DNA from: a virus
Reading direction: 5' to 3' (one strand)
DNA length: 64,000 bases
Virus record (IMG/VR): IMGVR_UViG_3300010430_000018
Coordinates: 1-64,000 of that record
In this document: one piece after another, positions 57,440-64,000 of the stretch
Numbering within the stretch: the stretch's first letter is position 1
How the letters are laid out: each line of letters starts with the position of its first letter
The notes under the pieces: generated by a model
The model's input: only the letters and a program-made list of their open reading frames with translations
What the model was told of the DNA's origin: nothing
Database searches by the model: none
Translations under genes and position numbers: made by a program

Positions 57440-58026
57440 ACTACATTTTCTTTAAAGTGTTCATCTTCTGTAGATATACCTTCAATAGTCATATCACAGT
57501 AGTCTGCTAACGTAGAGTGCTTTACTCTATGCTTATCTTGCTTACATATAAAGTATTGACTTGTTTGCATATACATATACTCTTTGTCTCTATACTCATT
57601 AACATACATGCTTGTTGCTTTCATCACATCATCCCATGTATGATCATATGTCTCAAAGAACCATCTAAATGCATCACTAAGTGCTTTAACATTATTTCTT
57701 GCTGGCTTACCACTTGGTAATTTTTTAGCAGGAAATATTTCTCTATAAGTATTTATATTATCTATAGAGTTTTTACCCATTAATGCTATATCTGTTTTCT
57801 TTTTTGCTTTTATAAAGTAATTGTCCATTCTAACTATAAATAGTTTAGCTTTAGGTGTTAGAACAAACTTACTGTCTTTTTTTTTTAAGTACTTTTCATC
57901 AATTAAATCAAGTACATCTTGTTTAGTTATGTATGGCAAGGAGACGCCTTGCTTGATCCCAAATAGTATCTGTAACTGGTTTGGGGTCATCTTTGCTTTT
58001 AAGATTTTCTGGAATAGTTCCCACAT
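57436..58026 (-). CDS. Putative wHTH replication initiator or loader
   Basis: N-terminal wHTH-like (LIDEKYL...LTPKA) and FP...Y..YMQ..YF domain; precedes the helicase. Confidence 0.45.
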   Translation of the reverse strand: MWELFQKILKAKMTPNQLQILFGIKQGVSLPYITKQDVLDLIDEKYLKKKDSKFVLTPKAKLFIVRMDNYFIKAKKKTDIALMGKNSIDNINTYREIFPAKKLPSGKPARNNVKALSDAFRWFFETYDHTWDDVMKATSMYVNEYRDKEYMYMQTSQYFICKQDKHRVKHSTLADYCDMTIEGISTEDEHFKENVV

Positions 58027-58441
58027 AATTTTTTAGTTCATTAATTATATTATTATATACATCTATTGTAAACTTATCATTGATATCCATACCATTACTA
58101 ACTCTTTTACATGAATTTATAACTGTAGCATGAGTTCTTTCTAAGTATATTCCTATTTTATTTTTAGTGTATCCTAAACTATATGCTATATAACAAAAAT
58201 TATGTAGGTATATCATATACTCCTTAACTCTTGTTCTATTTAATAGGGAAGTTATGTGTGTAAATTTTGGAATATCACGGTAAAGTGTTGCTAAAGTAAC
58301 TATTTCTAAAGTTGTTAGTGTAATTTTATTATCTTCTTTAGGTGGTACAAATACATGTAGGTTCACACCATAATCAGCATAAAATTTACTCTTGAAGTCA
58401 CGTATTACTTCTTTTTGTTCAACTAATTGGCTTTCAGGCAT
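57923..58441 (-). CDS. Protein with DnaA domain-IV-like HTH
   Basis: R....FCYIA...GYT..KIG..LERTHATVINS resembles IG..F.RDHTTV. Confidence 0.65.
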   Translation of the reverse strand: MPESQLVEQKEVIRDFKSKFYADYGVNLHVFVPPKEDNKITLTTLEIVTLATLYRDIPKFTHITSLLNRTRVKEYMIYLHNFCYIAYSLGYTKNKIGIYLERTHATVINSCKRVSNGMDINDKFTIDVYNNIINELKNYVGTIPENLKSKDDPKPVTDTIWDQARRLLAIHN

Positions 58442-58462
58442 TTATATTGGTTTTTGGTTATA

Positions 58463-58494
58463 CAAATGTAATGATTATTACCATTGTATACAAG
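58463..58494 (-). promoter_or_regulatory. Sigma-A type promoter CTTG-N20-TACATTTG
   Basis: Upstream of ATG 58441. Confidence 0.55.
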
Positions 58495-59188
58495 CTTTAT
58501 CTTGTTTAATTAGTTCATCATTAACTTTATTAAATACGTCTTTACAATCCCATTCTCCACCCCTATAAGCGGCAGATGCAGGATGTGCTACTTTAAATAT
58601 TTTCATATTAGATAATAAGGGTGCCCACTCTTCAGCTTTTCTACCCATTAAAATAAATATCAAATCTTTATTATGTCTATTTAGTGTATCAAATAGATAT
58701 TCTGTAAATGATTTCCAAATTCCATAGTGTGAACCAATTTTATTTACTTCTACAGTTAATGCTGTATTAATTAATAATACGCCTTGATTAGACCAACGCT
58801 TTAGATCACATTCTTCTGGTGTATATATAACTCTACCTGTGTCAGTAAAATCACCTATAGTTTGTTTAAGTATATACTGCAGGGATTTTTCAGCTTTTCC
58901 TTTATTGCTACAGCTAAATGCTATACCATCAGCTACACCTAATTGTGGATATGGGTCCTGACCAACTATAACTACTTTTGTTTCTTTATAAGGACACTCT
59001 ACAAAAGCATTAAATGTATCCTTAAATTTAGGTGTAAATCTTCTACCATTATTTACACTATTAACTAATGTATTCATAATATGGTCAAAGCTTAATCCAT
59101 TTATATATGGTGATAGTACACGTTCCCATCCGCTATCATTTAATTTTTTAATTAGATTATCTCTTAAATTATTTATATTGATTTCCAT
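58478..59188 (-). CDS. ung: Uracil-DNA glycosylase family 1
   Basis: VVIVGQDPYP, GIAFS, QGVLLINTALTV, HPAS; start likely 59188. Confidence 0.92.
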   Translation of the reverse strand: MEININNLRDNLIKKLNDSGWERVLSPYINGLSFDHIMNTLVNSVNNGRRFTPKFKDTFNAFVECPYKETKVVIVGQDPYPQLGVADGIAFSCSNKGKAEKSLQYILKQTIGDFTDTGRVIYTPEECDLKRWSNQGVLLINTALTVEVNKIGSHYGIWKSFTEYLFDTLNRHNKDLIFILMGRKAEEWAPLLSNMKIFKVAHPASAAYRGGEWDCKDVFNKVNDELIKQDKACIQW

Positions 59189-59231
59189 TTTTATTATATT
59201 ATTACTATATTTACACATTAAAATTATTACT

Positions 59232-59666
59232 ATGGCAGAAGATAAAGAAAGATTACAAACCTATGTTACTTATGATTTAGCATCTATAATTAAAGATATT
59301 GAAGTATCTGCTTCTTACATTCCTGCATTACAATCTATGATTACTAGAAAGATTATGACAAGTGATAAAGTTGATGAAATTGGTACCATCTTTACTAAGT
59401 TTGAAAAAATGGTTAAAAACTCACAAGATAAAGTACCTGAAGATGAGGCTAATTTATCTTTTGATCAATGGGAAGCTGATTTATACATTTTATTTTCTTT
59501 AGTTCAAATGTTTAAGTATAAAGCTAAAGAACAGAATCTTGAAATTAAACAAGAGACTACTACTACTAAAGCTGAGTTTGAACAATTAGCAAGAGATGCA
59601 TTTAACGGTGAAGATATTACACAAAAATTAAAGGACTTAGACTCTACACTAAAAATAGTTAAGTAA
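59232..59666 (+). CDS. Hypothetical helical protein, the only + strand gene in the early arm
   Basis: Start likely MAEDKE at 59232; TATATTTA at 59206-59213. Confidence 0.65.
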   Translation: MAEDKERLQTYVTYDLASIIKDIEVSASYIPALQSMITRKIMTSDKVDEIGTIFTKFEKMVKNSQDKVPEDEANLSFDQWEADLYILFSLVQMFKYKAKEQNLEIKQETTTTKAEFEQLARDAFNGEDITQKLKDLDSTLKIVK

Positions 59667-60050
59667 CTATCTTAATTGCATACCACTAAAATCTCCTATC
59701 TCAAGACATGCTTGTATAGCTAGATTTAGTTCTTCTTTATCACATTTACCAAAAGACTTACAAAACTCTACTCCATTTTTATTAAAACATAGGCCAGCTT
59801 TACGCTTGACTTGTAGTTTTACTTCTTCAAAAGTATGACCTATTTCATTTGCTATTTCTCTTATCATAGCATGTACTCTGGCTAATTGTGGATTACTACC
59901 TTTACCATCTTGTACACCTATAAATAATTCTATACGTGCACCTTCAGGCATTTCTTTTAAAAAATTATTATATTTACTTTCATAAGCTTTTATAGGAAAG
60001 TGTAATTTACCATCTTTTATTGTTGCTTGAACAAATAGTTGATTTCTCAT
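59667..60050 (-). CDS. NinB/Orf-like protein
   Basis: SNPQLARVHAMIREIA..GHTFEEVK...KSF....KEEL. Confidence 0.55.
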   Translation of the reverse strand: MRNQLFVQATIKDGKLHFPIKAYESKYNNFLKEMPEGARIELFIGVQDGKGSNPQLARVHAMIREIANEIGHTFEEVKLQVKRKAGLCFNKNGVEFCKSFGKCDKEELNLAIQACLEIGDFSGMQLR

Positions 60051-60184
60051 AAACATTTATTTATTATAGATAAGACAATCAGTAAGCCCAAACATGCTAA
60101 TATAGTTATACCAGCAACTTTTTCTGTTTGTTCTACTTGATACTTACTTCTTCCCTGTCTGTATTTTTTGTCTTCTTCTGTCAT
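60047..60184 (-). CDS. Small single-TM protein (45 aa)
   Basis: MTEEDKKYRQGRSK...ITILACLGLLIVLSII; ATGA couplings. Confidence 0.55.
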   Translation of the reverse strand: MTEEDKKYRQGRSKYQVEQTEKVAGITILACLGLLIVLSIINKCL

Positions 60185-60339
60185 AACATTTCTTTTATTT
60201 CTATTAGTAAAGAATATGCAACGTCTAGATTTCTTTGATTCATACCTGGCATTACTTCCACGTCTTCCAAATAATCTATGACATCATTTAATTTATCCTT
60301 TATTTCATTTATATTATCATCTATTCTATTTATCATCAT
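60181..60339 (-). CDS. Small coiled-coil protein (52 aa)
   Basis: ATGA-coupled on both sides. Confidence 0.5.
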   Translation of the reverse strand: MMINRIDDNINEIKDKLNDVIDYLEDVEVMPGMNQRNLDVAYSLLIEIKEML

Positions 60340-60485
60340 CTTTTATTTTCTAGATCCCATAACCAACCATAATCTGGATCATGTGGATCTACTTCATCCT
60401 GCGTATGAACTCTTACACGAACCCATACATCATTGACTAATTTATATGTTTTACCGTTTTTATGTTTTACTATTTCTTCACTCAT
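60336..60485 (-). CDS. Small hypothetical protein (49 aa)
   Basis: MSEEIVKHKNGKTYKLVNDVW...DPDYGWLW. Confidence 0.5.
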   Translation of the reverse strand: MSEEIVKHKNGKTYKLVNDVWVRVRVHTQDEVDPHDPDYGWLWDLENKR

Positions 60486-60741
60486 GATATTTTTCAATTA
60501 TTTCATCTGATAAAAATTCTGGATCTATTAATCCTAATACATCTACTATACTGGAACTACCTTCATCATTTTCTAATTCACACCATATACGAATCATTTC
60601 TGCTGATGGAGCTGTTCCTGGTGTTCCTGGATCTCCATTTGAATCATACATTTGATCAGGTTCTCCAGGATAATAATAATATTCTACTTCTACTTCATTA
60701 CCAAATAAAGTCATTGGTACTACGTTTACTGATGCTCCCAT
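60478..60741 (-). CDS. Acidic hypothetical protein
   Basis: VEYYYYPGEP...GDPGTPG pattern. Confidence 0.6.
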   Translation of the reverse strand: MGASVNVVPMTLFGNEVEVEYYYYPGEPDQMYDSNGDPGTPGTAPSAEMIRIWCELENDEGSSSIVDVLGLIDPEFLSDEIIEKYHE

Positions 60742-60983
60742 TATTTATATCTTAATACGTTATTATCTATAAATATGAACTCTTGTCCACATTTTTTACA
60801 TACACCTTCTTCTTCATGAGTTCTTAAAACATAACTCCTTGTACAATTTGGACATGGTGTTTCTTCTGAAGGTATAAACTCTTCAACTGAAGGGCGTGCA
60901 AGACCATGTATCATAGCATCATGTGCACCACGATACTCAGAGTTATGTCTTTCTTCCATAAATAATTCTTTCATTTTTCCCAT
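60741..60983 (-). CDS. Zn-ribbon protein
   Basis: CPNC...CKKCG. Confidence 0.65.
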   Translation of the reverse strand: MGKMKELFMEERHNSEYRGAHDAMIHGLARPSVEEFIPSEETPCPNCTRSYVLRTHEEEGVCKKCGQEFIFIDNNVLRYK

Positions 60984-61123
60984 TGTGTTGTTTTTTTAAT
61001 GTATTCTTGTTTATTTTCTGCTTCATACCACTCATCTAAATGTTTATCAAAATGCCATCTATAATCTAAACCTGAACAAAAGGTTTCAGAACATCTACTA
61101 CATTTAATGATTGGTTTACACAT
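60971..61123 (-). CDS. Single C2H2 zinc-finger protein (50 aa)
   Basis: CSRC-SETFCSGLDYRW-H-FDK-H = C-x2-C-x12-H-x3-H; TAATG-coupled to the helicase. Confidence 0.65.
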   Translation of the reverse strand: MCKPIIKCSRCSETFCSGLDYRWHFDKHLDEWYEAENKQEYIKKTTQWEK

Positions 61124-62229
61124 TACTTTTTTAATGGATTATAATATAAAACTTTAGATTGATCAAAATCTTGAATTGCATTATTTACCCATGTTTCATC
61201 TTGTGTATTCTTGTAACACAGTATATGACATGTTGCTGTCTCAGTTGGATTAAGTCTTAATAATCTACCAATTCTTTGTGCAGTCTTACGTTCATTACCA
61301 TATGCATGCATAATAATACCTGCTTTAAGCTTAGGAATTGTAACACCTTCTGATAATTGTAACACGCATGATAGTTTATCAATCCTGCCATCAGAGAACA
61401 ACTCAAGGTTTTCCTCTGATTTTGGATTTTTAGAATGATAACTATGTTTACATATTCTGTCTGCTTGTTTTTGAGTATTAGCAAATATAATACACTTTGT
61501 ATTTATATTTTTTATTATACTCTTAACATAGCTCTCTTTACTTGTATAATCCATTATAGCACGCATTCTCATAATTCTACCAAATTGAATTTGCTTAGAT
61601 GTTTCTGCGTCTTGTAATCTGGATGTTGCATAGTTATAATCCTTTCTTTCAGATGTATACCAAAAACCACCTTTTTTATTTTTTTTCTTTAATGTAGGTA
61701 ATTTTGATAGTTCTAACTCATGAATGATTATTTTGTAATCATTTAATATGTTTGAGTCAGTTGCATCATCTACTTCAAATGTATATTTGATTGGACAATA
61801 CTTCTGAACAAGTTTTCCTTTTTCAGATTCTTTATCTCTAGGTGGTGTACCAGTTAATCCTAATATTTTACCTTTGAATTGAGATAAAAAAGCTTCATGT
61901 GATTCTTTTAAACTATGCCACTCATCTAAATAAACTATATCATAATCATTTGGATTTTGTTTATTAAGTGATAAGTAAGTTGTAAAAGTAATATGATCTT
62001 CAAGAATATTATTATTCATTTTATCTAATTCATCATACCAAGACTTCATTACAGACTTTTTTGGTACGGCTACTAATACTTTTATAAATGGATTAAAGTT
62101 TGCTAATAAGTGTTGTATAGCAATTCTTGTTTTGCCTACACCCATAGATATACCTAAGCCACATCTTCTATGTTGTGATGCTATTGTCAATGCATCCGCT
62201 TGTACTATGTCCCTATGACTAATTTCCAT
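61123..62229 (-). CDS. SF2 DExH helicase
   Basis: MGVGKT, LDEWH, LTGT, SEGVTIP, QRIGRLLR; start likely 62229. Confidence 0.88.
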   Translation of the reverse strand: MEISHRDIVQADALTIASQHRRCGLGISMGVGKTRIAIQHLLANFNPFIKVLVAVPKKSVMKSWYDELDKMNNNILEDHITFTTYLSLNKQNPNDYDIVYLDEWHSLKESHEAFLSQFKGKILGLTGTPPRDKESEKGKLVQKYCPIKYTFEVDDATDSNILNDYKIIIHELELSKLPTLKKKNKKGGFWYTSERKDYNYATSRLQDAETSKQIQFGRIMRMRAIMDYTSKESYVKSIIKNINTKCIIFANTQKQADRICKHSYHSKNPKSEENLELFSDGRIDKLSCVLQLSEGVTIPKLKAGIIMHAYGNERKTAQRIGRLLRLNPTETATCHILCYKNTQDETWVNNAIQDFDQSKVLYYNPLKK

Positions 62230-62315
62230 ACTTGATGCCATAATAATATTGTTATTGATGCTATAACGCACCACGTTATCATTTTAATTAATCTATTTTT
62301 TTCCCATTCATCCAT
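62205..62315 (-). CDS. 36-aa single-TM peptide
   Basis: MDEWEKNRLIKMITWCVIASTILLWHQVWKLVIGT. Confidence 0.45.
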   Translation of the reverse strand: MDEWEKNRLIKMITWCVIASITILLWHQVWKLVIGT

Positions 62316-62317
62316 AA

Positions 62318-62506
62318 CTAAAAATTTAATAAAAATAATCTACGTTGATATTTTCTTATTAGTAATGTATTATTTTTGATGCTTCTATTATGACCTTTAT
62401 CTTTAAAGTCTTCCATTGATGCTTCAAATGTTTTATTTAATGTATCATATTTTAAATTATATAGATACTTTCTTACGTATTGAATATGTTTTTTCTTTCT
62501 TCTCAT
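62318..62506 (-). CDS. Small basic hypothetical protein
   Basis: 62-aa ORF. Confidence 0.55.
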   Translation of the reverse strand: MRRKKKHIQYVRKYLYNLKYDTLNKTFEASMEDFKDKGHNRSIKNNTLLIRKYQRRLFLLNF

Positions 62507-62510
62507 AATT

Positions 62511-62780
62511 TTAGTGTCTTGATTGTGAAAATCCTAACTCATAAGCTTCTTGTGGGTGTGTTTCTATCCATGTGTGACAGTTTCTACAAACTGGTAACCA
62601 TGTAGATTCATCAAGATGATATTCTCCACGTCCTTTCTTATGATGAACTTCTGTAGCATGCAAAGAACACTTATGGATCTTTGCATGACAGATGTTGTGG
62701 TCAGATAAATACTTTCTACGCTGTTTAGAATAGGCAGTATTTATTTTAGCCATTTTACTTGATACTTTTTTGATGCTCAT
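62511..62780 (-). CDS. HNH endonuclease-like protein
   Basis: C..C, ATEVHHKKGRG, VCRNCH. Confidence 0.72.
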   Translation of the reverse strand: MSIKKVSSKMAKINTAYSKQRRKYLSDHNICHAKIHKCSLHATEVHHKKGRGEYHLDESTWLPVCRNCHTWIETHPQEAYELGFSQSRH

Positions 62781-63297
62781 TTGGACTTAATGTAAAATAA
62801 TTTTTAGGTAATAAACCTATAGATAAAAATTTAAGAACTACATCTTCATAGGTTATACCTAAATCTTTAAATGTAAATGTATTTTTAAAGTCATCTAATA
62901 TTTCATCAGCAGGTATACTTACTATATACTGTGCTGTAGGAGAACTTTTAAAAGTTTTACTAAGATAAGCATTTACTTTTTTATTACAAAGAGTTTGTTT
63001 CCAAGCATTTATCTCTCTTTGTCCTCTTCTCCATACTTTACTTATACGTCTTTTTTTATCCCAATGAAGCTTTTTAACTTCTTCAGGTTTATAAACTTTT
63101 AAACCGTGGAGTACACGTTTAAACAAAAAATGTTGATAAGGATTAAGTTTATTGTATTGAAATGAGTTTATTATTGATGGAGGATGCAATTGATACTCCG
63201 TTAATAAGCCTAAATATTGATACCTTTCTATGCGTTTGCTTAGTTTTATCTGATCTTTATTAAGTTTTAGTTTTGATATTTGTTCTTGAGATAGCAT
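62755..63297 (-). CDS. Hypothetical protein
   Basis: 180-aa basic ORF. Confidence 0.6.
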   Translation of the reverse strand: MLSQEQISKLKLNKDQIKLSKRIERYQYLGLLTEYQLHPPSIINSFQYNKLNPYQHFLFKRVLHGLKVYKPEEVKKLHWDKKRRISKVWRRGQREINAWKQTLCNKKVNAYLSKTFKSSPTAQYIVSIPADEILDDFKNTFTFKDLGITYEDVVLKFLSIGLLPKNYFTLSPNEHQKSIK

Positions 63298-63346
63298 ACA
63301 TGTTTATTTAATGATTAAGTAATTAAGTGATATATATAAATGTCCA

Positions 63347-63383
63347 GGAGTAGCTTGTGGCAACGATTCCACTTACTACTCCC
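63347..63383. terminator. Stem-loop downstream of ORF 63408-63983
   Basis: GGAGTAG...GTGG-loop-CCAC...CTACTCC. Confidence 0.5.
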
Positions 63384-63407
63384 TTTCATTTCTTAGAAAA
63401 CTAACGT

Positions 63408-63983
63408 TTATAGTTCAAATGTTTCTTCTTCAAGAACATCTTCTGTTTCTTCTACTTCACTTACTACTTCTTCATCTACTACTTCTTGATCATTTGCATC
63501 ATCATCTCCTTCTAAACCAAATGCTTCAGCGGGAGTTACTGTAGTTTTAACTGCATTAGTATTCATACCATTGGCTTCACGGATTGCATCTCCATTAGTA
63601 TGAGCAATTAATACATCCTCAGCTGTAGCATCAGCTACAAAGAATGTTTTCCTATAAATAGGTTCACCTTCTACTGCACAGATAATTCCTGTTTCTCCAG
63701 CCATTTTTAGATCTCTATCTGGATCATTGTTACTAAATGGTGTAAGAGATTCTTTTACAATTATCTTACCAGTAAGCGGTGTGTTAACGTTTAGTTGTAA
63801 ATTCTGTAAATCATCCATTTTACCATGTAATAATGTTGATCTATTTGAACTTTTAACCCATCCGGTATTTCCAAAAACTACTCTTTGTTGTTCTAATCTA
63901 ATGTGACCGAATTCTGCGTTTTTACTTGATTGACGGATGATATTACCCATATCATCAGCCACAATGTTGACTTTGTTTTGCAT
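63408..63983 (-). CDS. Hypothetical protein with acidic tail (possibly OB-fold)
   Basis: 191 aa; beta-rich N-terminus, very acidic C-terminus. Confidence 0.6.
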   Translation of the reverse strand: MQNKVNIVADDMGNIIRQSSKNAEFGHIRLEQQRVVFGNTGWVKSSNRSTLLHGKMDDLQNLQLNVNTPLTGKIIVKESLTPFSNNDPDRDLKMAGETGIICAVEGEPIYRKTFFVADATAEDVLIAHTNGDAIREANGMNTNAVKTTVTPAEAFGLEGDDDANDQEVVDEEVVSEVEETEDVLEEETFEL

Positions 63984-64000
63984 TTTTAATAAAATTTAGT

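Larger units (their letters stand above)
1..64000. mobile_element. Segment of a crAss-like (Crassvirales-related) bacteriophage genome
   Basis: Giant virion RNAP with GADFDID, flanking giant ejection proteins, PolB, primase and DnaB, two convergent gene arms meeting at ~41.46 kb, and no host housekeeping context. Confidence 0.9.

Noticed and set aside
29101-58460. AAACCAA motif near several starts (29101, 33180, 46632, 58448)
   Set aside because: Short and A-rich; compatible with ordinary Bacteroidota A-rich initiation regions; cannot show enrichment by eye
1-64000. Stop-codon recoding as in some crAss-like phages
   Set aside because: Very long ORFs are intact in the standard code, and TAA, TAG and TGA all end well-coupled genes
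1-64000. CRISPR array, tRNA or rRNA genes, integrase, introns or inteins
   Set aside because: No spaced repeats or cloverleafs seen in the short intergenic gaps; polB, nrdA, dnaB and the RNAP motifs appear uninterrupted

Overview
This is an AT-rich, gene-dense 64 kb segment of a lytic crAss-like (Crassvirales-related) phage genome in the standard genetic code. The host is probably a Bacteroidota/Flavobacteriia member, inferred from TTTG-N19-TAnnTTTG promoters. The + strand (1-41.5 kb) carries virion and late genes: cargo proteins built from short modules separated by xxxGG motifs (one with an NlpC/P60-CHAP-like domain), three giant ejection proteins including a 4517-aa zincin plus virion RNA polymerase (DFDID) and a 1890-aa protein with a PD-(D/E)xK nuclease, an outer-membrane beta-barrel / membrane coiled-coil / CxxC-less thioredoxin trio, a 3-TM holin, small basic core proteins, a 28-aa CDGSH peptide and a fibre with Ig-like and VWA-like domains. 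An inverted nrdB-nrdA island interrupts this arm. The - strand (41.5-64 kb) carries replication and early genes: PolB, primase, DnaB, UDG, RusA-like, PD-(D/E)xK, Sak4-like ATPase, SF2 helicase, HNH, SET domain, DUF5664, DUF932, and a MoxR-VWA cluster whose three flanking proteins share a motif. I found no tRNA, rRNA, CRISPR array or integrase, and no recognisable capsid, portal or terminase gene. All family calls are by-eye motif recognition; no searches were run.
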